39,285 bases of DNA, from assembly GCA_018061375.1 (NCBI GenBank), contig JAGOUG010000002.1, forward strand, positions 1 through 39,285. The letters are read 5' to 3'. Shown piece after piece: positions 7,693 to 16,328 of the stretch (within the stretch, counting starts at the first letter, position 1; every line of letters begins with the position of its first letter). Origin of the DNA: Candidatus Saccharimonadota bacterium (GTDB lineage Bacteria; Patescibacteriota; Saccharimonadia; Saccharimonadales; UBA7683). A program made the position numbers and the translations under genes. The notes under the pieces are model-generated. The model ran no database searches. It had not been told where the DNA came from and saw nothing but the letters and a program-made list of their open reading frames with translations.

Positions 7693-7874
7693 ATTATTTC
7701 CATTCTAACAGCCAGAATTTTGTGTATACACACTACACAACTGAGGCTTCCGGTCTGTTAGATGTTAAATTTAAGTTAATTTCGAAGATGCCCCAGTTGC
7801 TACATGGGTCGCGGTAGAGGTAATGCTGAATACATATACGAAATCATAATAGTACTATTAAACCACCTTTAATA

Positions 7875-8573
7875 TTATAAAACAAACAGGATTACGAAGG
7901 CGACACTATTTTTTGCTGCGTGCAGGATTACTGCAGGTATAATACTCCCCGTCTTCTCGGTGAGGTATCCAAGTATTAAACCGAGTGCGAATGTGTCGAG
8001 TGCGATGTTCCACTGCCCATGTGCCGCTGCAAATAACCCGCTTGATACTAGTAATGCCATAGAAAACGGTAACCGTGCACGTAAGCCCTTAAATAACAGC
8101 CCCCGAAATAGTATTTCTTCAAAAATTGGGGTGAGAACTACCAGAGTAAGGAAGCCAAGAATCATCATCCCTACAGATTGTGCGCCTGAAATTCCAATGT
8201 CTTGCGCCTGGTTCACATCAAACCCTGACACAAACATCGTAGCAAGCGCAATCAGTGCCGAGCTCAGTACTAAATATGCCACCGCAGAAATGACTAGCAA
8301 TTTAAGCCATCCCCGCTTTGGCTTTCTGATCCCGATTGAGCACCAATTATAACCCGTAAGCTGCAGTAGTATAGATATACACACACCAAGTGTAATTACC
8401 GATACGCCCATAATAATGAACAGCTGAGACGTTTCGCTTGCCCCACTCACCGTGACTTCACCGGCAAGTGCTCCCATAAGCTGTGCAAATATAAGTAACG
8501 AAAATGATCCAAACAATACTGCGACCGGATTCGTAGCCATGTGACGAATATATTTTTGTAGTGCAGTATTCAT
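7875..8573 (-). CDS. CPBP family intramembrane glutamic endopeptidase
   Basis: 232-aa multi-pass membrane protein with EEILFRGLLF, a FAAAHG region, and HAAKN motifs. Confidence 0.8.
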   Translation of the reverse strand: MNTALQKYIRHMATNPVAVLFGSFSLLIFAQLMGALAGEVTVSGASETSQLFIIMGVSVITLGVCISILLQLTGYNWCSIGIRKPKRGWLKLLVISAVAYLVLSSALIALATMFVSGFDVNQAQDIGISGAQSVGMMILGFLTLVVLTPIFEEILFRGLLFKGLRARLPFSMALLVSSGLFAAAHGQWNIALDTFALGLILGYLTEKTGSIIPAVILHAAKNSVAFVILFVL

Positions 8574-8575
8574 AA

Positions 8576-9649
8576 TTAGAAGAAGCGGCGTACGTCAACA
8601 ACTGTAATTAATGCTGCGAGTGCAAGCAGTACGAGCATTCCGGTACCGTGGATTTTTTCTTCCATATCTTTAGTAAGTGGTTTGCGCATAATTCGAAATA
8701 ACCCCATCACAAACAAACGGCCACCATCAAGCGCAGGTATAGGAAGGCTATTCATAACTGCAAGCGATACAGAAATAACACCAATTAAGAACAGTACAAA
8801 TACCAAACCTTGATCTGCAAGATCTCTTAGCACCACAATGATGCCAACGGGCCCAGTTACGCTTGCGCTTGCTTTTGCGCCTTGCCCAGTGAAGAGGTTC
8901 ATTAGTGCCCCACCGATACCCTTAAATGTTTCGACGGTGAACTGAATGGTTGTGCCTATACCAACTATCAAGGCTGACCAAGTAGATCGTACGAGTGTGC
9001 GCTCTGCCGGTGCAACACCGAAGTTACCCTTCGCGGCGTCATTACGTAACGTCACCGTCTTTGTCACCAACACATCATCTTGATAGTACGTAACGGCAAC
9101 CTCTTTACCACCAAACTTTGTAGTGGTATCTCGAAGTTGTTGACTACTCGTGATTTGCTGGCCTGCAATACTCTCAATTTTGTCACCCTGTGCGAGTCCA
9201 GCCTTCTGTGCTGGCGAACCTTCTTCTACAAAACCAGCAAAAACCTCTTGCTGAGTCACGCGTGCGTCGCTTGCAACCGTAAATTGGTTCTCTACAAGCT
9301 GCGGCATTCCGACAAATGCAAGAATCGTGAATATGACGACTGCCGTAAGCCAATTCATTAGTACGCCCGCACCAATAATAAGTAATTTCTGATAAAACCG
9401 AGCCGCACCAAAGCTTCCTTTTTCAGTCGCAGCGTCATGCTCGCCTTTCATTTTTACAAAACCACCAAGCGGGAGCCAGTTCAGTGTGTAGGTTGTGCCA
9501 TCGTTTTTAGTAAGTACCTTTGCTCGCGGTGGGAAGCCAATACCAAATTCTTCTACCTCTACGCCATTGCGCTTTGCTGCAATAAGATGCCCGTATTCGT
9601 GTACAACTACAAGAAGCACAAATAGAACTAAGCCGAGTGCTAATAACAT
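8576..9649 (-). CDS. rseP: RseP-type site-2 protease (M50 zinc metalloprotease with PDZ)
   Basis: HEYGHLIAAK (HExxH), a PDZ segment GSPAQKAGLAQGDKI, and NSLPIPALDGG. Its ATG overlaps the uppS stop by 1 nt. Confidence 0.85.
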   Translation of the reverse strand: MLLALGLVLFVLLVVVHEYGHLIAAKRNGVEVEEFGIGFPPRAKVLTKNDGTTYTLNWLPLGGFVKMKGEHDAATEKGSFGAARFYQKLLIIGAGVLMNWLTAVVIFTILAFVGMPQLVENQFTVASDARVTQQEVFAGFVEEGSPAQKAGLAQGDKIESIAGQQITSSQQLRDTTTKFGGKEVAVTYYQDDVLVTKTVTLRNDAAKGNFGVAPAERTLVRSTWSALIVGIGTTIQFTVETFKGIGGALMNLFTGQGAKASASVTGPVGIIVVLRDLADQGLVFVLFLIGVISVSLAVMNSLPIPALDGGRLFVMGLFRIMRKPLTKDMEEKIHGTGMLVLLALAALITVVDVRRFF

Positions 9650-10353
9650 TAGTTCCCTCCGAATCTTCGGTTACGGTTTGCAAATTCTTCGAAGGCAACT
9701 TCTAATTCTTTTACACCGAAGGCCGGCCAGTGTTTTTGTTCAAAATAAAGCTCGGCGTACTTCATGCGCCACAACATAAAATTACTAATGCGCTGCTCAC
9801 CACTTGTCCGAATCATAAAATCAACGTCTGGAACTTCCGGGTGATACAGATAACTGCTAATTTTAGCGTCGTCAACGTCGCCTGGTTCAACCCCGTCAGC
9901 GATCATCCGCTTGATGGCGTCTGAAATTTCACGGGTACCGCCGTAGTTAAAGCAAAGCGCTAAAACACCTCCGGTATTTTCTTTCGAGTCTGCTTCAGCG
10001 CTTCGCCATGCTTCAATCAATTTTGGTGGCACTTTATCATCTACGCCAAGAACAACAATTTTAATATTTTCTTTTATCAGCTTCTTTGAATCTTTAACAG
10101 CGATTGTCATTGCAAGACTCATTAGATAGTCTACTTCTTCTTTTGTTCTGTCCCAGTTTTCAGTAGAAAAAATATAGGCAGACACATATTTGACGCCCTT
10201 ATCGAATGCGTACCTCGCAATGTCTTTTAGGTTTTCGTACCCTTTGCGGTGACCTTCAAGCGTTGGCAGGCCCTGGTCTCTCGCCCATCTTCGGTTTCCA
10301 TCTAGAATTAAACCGAGATGATTTGGAACTACGTGTACATTGTTATTTTGCAT
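9649..10353 (-). CDS. uppS: undecaprenyl-diphosphate synthase
   Basis: Motifs HLGLILDGNRRWA, FSTENWDR and IRTSGEQRISNFMLW. Confidence 0.9.
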   Translation of the reverse strand: MQNNNVHVVPNHLGLILDGNRRWARDQGLPTLEGHRKGYENLKDIARYAFDKGVKYVSAYIFSTENWDRTKEEVDYLMSLAMTIAVKDSKKLIKENIKIVVLGVDDKVPPKLIEAWRSAEADSKENTGGVLALCFNYGGTREISDAIKRMIADGVEPGDVDDAKISSYLYHPEVPDVDFMIRTSGEQRISNFMLWRMKYAELYFEQKHWPAFGVKELEVAFEEFANRNRRFGGN

Positions 10354-10407
10354 TGATCTGTATTATACCTGGTTTAATAAGATGATGACAGTAGCGTGCG
10401 CCTTCGG

Positions 10408-10959
10408 CTACACCTTCATTATTTCTTGTTCTTTTGCCTTCTGTGCAGCCTCAATTTTGTTTTGGCAGTCTGTAATGATCTCAGTTATTTGAGATTCCGC
10501 GCGCTTAACATCATCTTCGGAAATCTCTTTTGCGTCTTTGGCACGCTTTGCTTCTTTAAGTGCATCGTGTCGAATATTTCTGAGTGTGACTCGTGCTTCT
10601 TCAACGGTATCACCGAGCGATTTTACAATCTGACGACGACGTTCTTCGGTGAGTGGTGGCATAGGGACGCGCACAACCCGACCATCGTCTGTTGGGTTAA
10701 GGCCCATAGATTGGTCGTTTCTAATTGCCGCTGCAATTGCCTGTAGATTTGTAGGGTCGAATGGAGTTATTTGGAGTAGTTGTGGCTCTGGTGCACTAAT
10801 GTTTGAAACCTGATTAAGTGGTGTCATTTGCCCATACACCTCAACCATCAAACTTTCAATAATACTTGGGTGCGCCCGGCCTGTCCGAACCTTTTTAAGT
10901 TCGTCTTCCAAGTGATCAACCGCTGCATTCATTTTTAACCGATAGCTACTTAAATCCAT
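10408..10959 (-). CDS. frr: ribosome recycling factor
   Basis: VRTGRAHPSIIESLMVEVYG and LNPTDDGRVVRVPMPPLTEERR. I place the start at ATG 10959 with an AAGGAGA RBS. The 17 extra N-terminal codons of the track ORF are unlikely to be real. Confidence 0.9.
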   Translation of the reverse strand: MDLSSYRLKMNAAVDHLEDELKKVRTGRAHPSIIESLMVEVYGQMTPLNQVSNISAPEPQLLQITPFDPTNLQAIAAAIRNDQSMGLNPTDDGRVVRVPMPPLTEERRRQIVKSLGDTVEEARVTLRNIRHDALKEAKRAKDAKEISEDDVKRAESQITEIITDCQNKIEAAQKAKEQEIMKV

Positions 10960-11057
10960 ACGTCTCCTTATTTCTAACTCAATTATACAAGATACGTGAC
11001 TATTTCGCATCAGAAGATAGCTGTGGGCACAGTTATTTACAGTTAGGTATAACCGTT

Positions 11058-11654
11058 TTAGTTTACTTCGCCAAGTTCGATTCGTTTAAACTGACGGATA
11101 ATAGTATTTTCACCAAACTTTGCTATGTTCTCTTTGAGGAATTGGTCGACAGTTTGGTCAGGGTTCTTGATGTATGGCTGATCAAGGAGACATTTTTCTG
11201 CAAAGTATTTTTTAAGCATGCCTTCGGTGATGTTATCTACCATATTTTCTGGCTTACCGTCAGCAATGACTTTTTCTTTAAATTCAGCGGCCTTCTTGTC
11301 TCGCTCGTCGGCAGGTACATTCTCTACTGAAACGTATTCTGGTGCAGAAGCAGCGATGTGCATTGCAACATCGTGTACAAAATCTTTAAAACCATCAGTA
11401 CGTGCGACAAAATCAGTCTCACAGTTAACTTCTACGATAACGCCAATACGGCTACTGTGTACGTATGAATCTACAATTCCTTGACGAGCCTCACGCTCAC
11501 CCTTCTTCTCCGCCTTGGTAAGACCCTTTTTGCGAAGTGCCTCGAGGGCTTTGTCAAAATCACCATCTGCATCAACAAGTGCTGCCTTTGCATCTGTTAA
11601 ACCGATGCCGGTAAGTGTCTTCAACCTTTTAATTTCATCAATGGTAACTGCCAT
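11058..11654 (-). CDS. tsf: elongation factor Ts (short form)
   Basis: N-terminal UBA-like IKRLKTLTGIGLTDAKAAL, plus EVNCETDFVARTD. It sits immediately downstream of rpsB. Confidence 0.9.
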   Translation of the reverse strand: MAVTIDEIKRLKTLTGIGLTDAKAALVDADGDFDKALEALRKKGLTKAEKKGEREARQGIVDSYVHSSRIGVIVEVNCETDFVARTDGFKDFVHDVAMHIAASAPEYVSVENVPADERDKKAAEFKEKVIADGKPENMVDNITEGMLKKYFAEKCLLDQPYIKNPDQTVDQFLKENIAKFGENTIIRQFKRIELGEVN

Positions 11655-11750
11655 ATATTTCCTTTCTTATGTAATGTCTCATCCGCAAGTTGGCGGATCT
11701 TTAATCTATTAGAGTCTGAATCAAGTTCAGAATGACGAATAACTACACTG

Positions 11751-12461
11751 TTACTTTTCAGAAACTTGTTTCTGAGATGCTTTGCCTTCGTTAATTGCTG
11801 CAACTACGTATTCAAGTAGTAATTGAATTGCCTTAAGCGCATCATCGTTTGCAGGAATCGGGTAATCAATAACACTTGGATCTGAATTACTGTCGACAAC
11901 GCCAATAACTGGTACGCAGAGCCGCTTTGCTTCTTTTACTGCAAGGTGATCCGTAACAACGTCAGTTACGTAAACAAGACCCGGGTTACCCTGAAGATCT
12001 TTAATACCACCATACAGATGGTTCATTTCATCGATTTCTTCTTGGAACCGTTGTACCTCTAGCTTGTTGTAACGATTTGCAAGTTCACCACTTGCCATCT
12101 TGTTTTCAAGATCTTGAAGGTGCTTAATACGGCCATTCATTGTAGTTGTGTTAGTTAGCATTCCACCAACCCAACGATTAACGACGAATGGCATGCCGGT
12201 GTCTTCAGCTGCCTGCTGCACAATTGCCTGTGCCTGGCGCTTCGTACCAACAAGTAGTACCTTCTTACCGCTTGCGACAGTTTTAGTGATGAGTGGTAAA
12301 ACCTGCTCAACAGCCTCAACTGTTTTTGTAAGATCAATAACATGGTTACCTGCACGCTTGCTGTGTAGGTACGGTGCCATTTTAGGGTGCCACCTACTGG
12401 TAGCGTGTCCAAAGTGAGCACCGCTTTCTAATAGTTTTTTTATATCGACAGATACTGCCAT
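11751..12461 (-). CDS. rpsB: 30S ribosomal protein S2
   Basis: Motifs LLESGAHFGH, WHPKMAPYL, VLLVGTKRQA and FVVNRWVGGMLTN. Confidence 0.95.
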   Translation of the reverse strand: MAVSVDIKKLLESGAHFGHATSRWHPKMAPYLHSKRAGNHVIDLTKTVEAVEQVLPLITKTVASGKKVLLVGTKRQAQAIVQQAAEDTGMPFVVNRWVGGMLTNTTTMNGRIKHLQDLENKMASGELANRYNKLEVQRFQEEIDEMNHLYGGIKDLQGNPGLVYVTDVVTDHLAVKEAKRLCVPVIGVVDSNSDPSVIDYPIPANDDALKAIQLLLEYVVAAINEGKASQKQVSEK

Positions 12462-12467
12462 AATAAT

Positions 12468-12535
12468 AAATCCTTTCGTTCTTCACGGATGAGCGACCAG
12501 CAGGATCTAAAGGTAGATCACAACCAGAAGGATTT
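12468..12535 (-). promoter_or_regulatory. possible SD-sequestering pairing in the rpsB 5' leader
   Basis: In the minus-strand RNA, AAAUCCUU (12535-12528) is perfectly complementary to AAGGAUUU (12475-12468). The latter contains the rpsB Shine-Dalgarno AAGGA. Confidence 0.3.
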
Positions 12536-12606
12536 TCTCTCCCGCTGCTTAATTAGTTACTCAGCAATTTTAACAGATGTGGCCTTCAAGTGCAAGTCGT
12601 ATACTT

Positions 12607-14433
12607 CTAAGCCTTTTTGAGTTGGCGTCGGAACATGTGCACATACTGACCGTCTTTTTGTAAAACAAGTTCTTTGTGTGTCCCTACCTGGACAAGCTCA
12701 CCCTTGCTGAGCACATAAATTCGATCGGCGTTTTCAATAGTAGTGAGCCTATGACTAATAGTTATTACTGTCTGTTTATTATTAGCATCAAACAGTCTGT
12801 CAAATATATTAGCTTCTGCATGCGCATCAATGGCTGAAGTCGGTTCATCTAGTATGATTATCGGTGCTTGGCGATAAAAGTTGCGGGCCAAGCCAATACG
12901 TTGCCACTGTCCACCAGAAAGCTCCACCCCTCCATCTTCCTCAAACCAGGTTGCGGCCGGGCTATCGAGACCCCTGGGAAGTTCTTCAACCATCTCACGC
13001 GCCTCGGCGGCCTCAAGTGCTCTATTTATACGGCTTTTAGTTGGCTGAACCTCGGCATCTCCGAAGGTAACGTTATCGCCGATTGTAGCAAATTGGAACG
13101 AACTGAAGGATTGCAGCAGAACGCTCACCTGCGTATGCCACGACGTAATATCGTAGTCGGCAATTGGTACACCGTCTAATAATATTTCTCCCGAGCTTAC
13201 TTCGTAAAAGCCGAGAAGTAGCTTTATCAGTGTTGACTTCCCGGCCCCATTTTCACCAACAATAGCGATATGTGAGCCTCTAGTGATTTTTATAGATATA
13301 TTTTTAATGGTTTCTTTTTTAGAAGTTGGGTATGTAAAGCTAACATTCTTAAGTTCGATTGTTTCAATCGGTTTTGTGATTTTTCTGCCGCTGGCCTGTG
13401 TAGTTGGCAGCTTCATGAAGTCGTTATAATCCTTCAACTTAGAGAGATCTTCGTCCGCAGCCCCAAATTCAGTTACAAACTGAGCAGCAGAGCCTAGCGC
13501 CCTACTAACGAGCTGTTGAATATATATAAACTGGCCTATCGGGAAGTTTTGGGCAGCTATTTGTAACACTGCCCAGACCAAACTACCGAGTTGAACTATT
13601 GTTTCTAGTACGTCGCTTGCGATGCGCCATTTAATAAAGCCCCGTTCGGATTCTAATCTGCCGCCCTGATCTGTGTTTCTAAACTTTACGCGCATAGCAA
13701 GAAAGTTTTTAACTAGCCCATACAGACGTAACTCAGCGATTATTTTTGGTTGAATCATGTTGTATTCTATGTAGCTCTGCTTACGGCGTTCGACTACCGT
13801 ATTTCTCCAGTGCTTAATCTGAAATCGTGAAAGTCGGTACTGTGTATACATACCAGGAAGAATCGCCACCAATAACGCAACTGAAAGCCACGGCGTAATC
13901 AAACCGAGCCCTATAACAGCGGCTGCAACACCAAACAATGACTGAAACAACTGTGCGACCCTATCAAATACATACGCAAAGAACCGCGAGAAGTCTTGAG
14001 CCTTTTCATACAAATCTGCCGTCTCTTTATCATCGTAACGCCAAAAATCCAGCAGTGCAAAACGTTCATACAGCATGTCTGAAACCTTCGATTCAACACG
14101 GTACCGTACAATCTGATCTATATAGTTGCCAAGCGAACTCTGCACCGCAGTAATCAGGCCGAGTAGTGCGGTCGCAACAACGTACCAAATTGCTCTCGTC
14201 TTCGCTGCCTGATCACCACCAAACGCTGCGGCTATTTCAGTGGTTGTTTGTGCTGCAAAAAACGCTGTTACCAGTGGAAGCACAGAATTAAGTACGGCAC
14301 TTATAACCTTAAAGACCACGGCCATTTTAGAAATTGAAAAAGAAATTGTAATAACACGCCAAATCGAGACGGCATACTCACGAGTACTCATTCGTTCTTC
14401 TTCAGTTGACTGTGCTGATTTTTTGCGTGGCAT
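12607..14433 (-). CDS. ABC exporter, fused permease and ATPase (MsbA/MdlB-like)
   Basis: 608 aa. N-terminal multi-TM domain followed by an NBD with Walker A GENGAGKST, signature LSGGQWQR and Walker B IIILDEPTSAID. Confidence 0.85.
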   Translation of the reverse strand: MPRKKSAQSTEEERMSTREYAVSIWRVITISFSISKMAVVFKVISAVLNSVLPLVTAFFAAQTTTEIAAAFGGDQAAKTRAIWYVVATALLGLITAVQSSLGNYIDQIVRYRVESKVSDMLYERFALLDFWRYDDKETADLYEKAQDFSRFFAYVFDRVAQLFQSLFGVAAAVIGLGLITPWLSVALLVAILPGMYTQYRLSRFQIKHWRNTVVERRKQSYIEYNMIQPKIIAELRLYGLVKNFLAMRVKFRNTDQGGRLESERGFIKWRIASDVLETIVQLGSLVWAVLQIAAQNFPIGQFIYIQQLVSRALGSAAQFVTEFGAADEDLSKLKDYNDFMKLPTTQASGRKITKPIETIELKNVSFTYPTSKKETIKNISIKITRGSHIAIVGENGAGKSTLIKLLLGFYEVSSGEILLDGVPIADYDITSWHTQVSVLLQSFSSFQFATIGDNVTFGDAEVQPTKSRINRALEAAEAREMVEELPRGLDSPAATWFEEDGGVELSGGQWQRIGLARNFYRQAPIIILDEPTSAIDAHAEANIFDRLFDANNKQTVITISHRLTTIENADRIYVLSKGELVQVGTHKELVLQKDGQYVHMFRRQLKKA

Positions 14434-14485
14434 ATAGTAATTCTTTCATGCGTAAGTATAGCAAATACTGCTAGCATTCTACGTC

Positions 14486-14514
14486 TTGTATTTTATGGCA
14501 ATAACAGATATAAT
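14486..14514 (+). promoter_or_regulatory. candidate rpmE promoter
   Basis: TTGTAT, a 17-nt spacer, then TATAAT, about 75 nt upstream of the rpmE ATG. Confidence 0.5.
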
Positions 14515-14588
14515 AGCCAAGTTATAAACATACGCGACTGCAGCCGGCCACTGCTAACCGCTCAACTCTAATGGCCAGGAGCTCACTC

Positions 14589-14975
14589 ATGAAGAAAGAT
14601 CTGCACCCTACAGACTATCGCCCAGTTGTCTTCCAAGACACCTCTAACGGTTTTGCGTTTTTAACACGCTCTACTACTCAAACTCAAGAAACCATCAAAT
14701 GGGAAGACGGTAACGAATACCCACTCGTTAAAATTCACATTTCTAGCCAGTCTCACCCATTCTTCACTGGTGAAGAAAAAATTATAGACATTGAAGGCCG
14801 TGTAGATAAGTTCAAGGCTCGTGCCGAAGCAGCAGCAAAAGCTAAAGAAGCTAAAATCGCCGCAGTAGCAAAAACTACTAAAAAATCTGCCGCTAAAAAA
14901 GCGAAGGTTGAAGAAGTTGTTTCTGAGCCTACAGATGTAGAATCTACCCCAGAAGAAACACCGACCGAAAAGTAA
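14589..14975 (+). CDS. rpmE: 50S ribosomal protein L31, type B (no CxxC), with a long Lys/Ala/Glu-rich C-terminal tail
   Basis: [17 protein letters not shown] and [14 protein letters not shown] place the start at ATG 14589 because AGGAG lies 7 nt upstream. The track start at 14571 has no RBS. Confidence 0.85.
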   Translation: MKKDLHPTDYRPVVFQDTSNGFAFLTRSTTQTQETIKWEDGNEYPLVKIHISSQSHPFFTGEEKIIDIEGRVDKFKARAEAAAKAKEAKIAAVAKTTKKSAAKKAKVEEVVSEPTDVESTPEETPTEK

Positions 14976-14986
14976 TCTTGCTTCTT

Positions 14987-15021
14987 AAAAAAACGCCGCC
15001 TATCATTCAGGCGGTGTTTTT
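14987..15021. terminator. bidirectional intrinsic terminator between convergent rpmE and the 389-aa ORF
   Basis: AAAAAAA, then a 9-bp stem ACGCCGCCT/AGGCGGTGT (one G-T) around a 7-nt loop, then TTTT. The A-run and T-run would let it work on both strands. Confidence 0.7.
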
Positions 15022-15042
15022 AGTTACCTGATTAGGAGATAA

Positions 15043-16212
15043 TTAGTCGTGAAGCCTGAGTGCCTGCGAGGTTCGATGAGCTCTACTATAAGCCTTACCG
15101 CTTGAGCCATACCGTATGCCCCCAAAATCGTATTCTTTGAACAATCGGAGAATACCGTGCTGTGTACTATAGCTAAGTTTATATATACCCTTCTGTAAAC
15201 GTTTCATAGGATTAAGCAATATCGACTTAGGTGATGCTACAACATGCCGCTGTGTGTATGTAGAAAGTGTTTCAGCAAGTCCACCACGAGCTCCAACATT
15301 ACATGAGACTAGAACAAGTTCTGCACCAGGTGTTAGTGCGCCACTATCAGACAACCCTTTAAGTTGATGTAGTTCCTTGGTGTCATCACGGTGAACTTGT
15401 GAATTTCCAAGCTCTAATGATTTTTTACTACCGTGGCCGGTTATGAAAAGCGCTGAGGCTGGTTTAGCTAGCCTATCGGTCACATACAGGGTTTGTGCAA
15501 CAAGTTCGTGCACACTATCAACTTCTGTATACACCACGTTGAAATCACCGTTCTGCACCATAGATTCGTAAATATCAGTTGGTCTATAGCCTTCGGTATA
15601 ACCCGAGTTATTATAGTCACTTGTTGATTCAGCGACCATTATGAGTGGCTTGTCTGATTTCCCGGAGCGGATAAGTTCGATCTGCCTAGCCAAAACACTT
15701 GCGGGATAGCGTCCGAAATGGCGAATACCAAAAATACGATATGCCTTTTGGGGATAGCTTGGATCGATCTCTCGCAACTCCTTCAATGTACGGAGACACT
15801 CTGTAAAATACTCCTCCCGCTCTTCCTTTGAGCATACCGCTGGTGAAATAGTCCCCCAGGCATGCATAATTTCTTCAGATGCAGCAATACTGAAACCAAA
15901 ATTTGCAAATACTGCTTCATGCTCATTCCCAACAACCTCAAGTGAATGATGCCCATCATACCGACTTCTCTTTAACCGGTCCATGCGCGTTTCATTTGTA
16001 AATCTATCAATAAAATCCATCTCCTCACGAGTAAGTAGAAGTGCGTCTGCTTTATCCCATGGATCACGATCAACCGTACCTGTTGTTGCCGCAATACCAG
16101 CGCCTGCTGTTGCACGCTCTTCATCTTGTAGACCATCGGCAAGATCGACAACTCTGCTATGCTTGGCTTCTTGGGGCGAACTGATTTTTTCTATTATATT
16201 TGGAGTATTCAT
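15043..16212 (-). CDS. hypothetical protein with a C-terminal clan CD (caspase/CHAT/CPD-like) His-Cys dyad candidate
   Basis: 389-aa ORF with no signal peptide. SALFITGHGS is followed 44 residues later by ELVLVSCNVGARGG, then HVVASPKS. This hydrophobic strand-GHG and hydrophobic strand-SC pattern is typical of clan CD peptidases. Confidence 0.55.
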   Translation of the reverse strand: MNTPNIIEKISSPQEAKHSRVVDLADGLQDEERATAGAGIAATTGTVDRDPWDKADALLLTREEMDFIDRFTNETRMDRLKRSRYDGHHSLEVVGNEHEAVFANFGFSIAASEEIMHAWGTISPAVCSKEEREEYFTECLRTLKELREIDPSYPQKAYRIFGIRHFGRYPASVLARQIELIRSGKSDKPLIMVAESTSDYNNSGYTEGYRPTDIYESMVQNGDFNVVYTEVDSVHELVAQTLYVTDRLAKPASALFITGHGSKKSLELGNSQVHRDDTKELHQLKGLSDSGALTPGAELVLVSCNVGARGGLAETLSTYTQRHVVASPKSILLNPMKRLQKGIYKLSYSTQHGILRLFKEYDFGGIRYGSSGKAYSRAHRTSQALRLHD

Positions 16213-16279
16213 TTTATTTGTTTTTTAACCTTAAACAATTTTTATATTACACTATCTTTACTATTTTGTCAACATATTA

Positions 16280-16307
16280 TTTGTTATGACTAGATGGAGA
16301 GCTATAA
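16280..16307 (+). promoter_or_regulatory. candidate prfA promoter
   Basis: TTGTTA, a 16-nt spacer, then TATAAT, ending 21 nt before the prfA ATG. There is no obvious SD. Confidence 0.4.
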
Positions 16308-16328
16308 TAACTGTATACTGTTACAGTT

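Noticed and set aside
7693-7874. A tRNA or other small RNA gene in the 182-bp CPBP-proB spacer, and likewise in the 171-bp spacer at 30567-30737.
   Set aside because: There is no cloverleaf-compatible arrangement and no GTTCGAATC-like T-arm. Only short palindromes are present (TGTGTATACACA, CTTAGATCTAAG), plus the nrdJ terminator hairpin.
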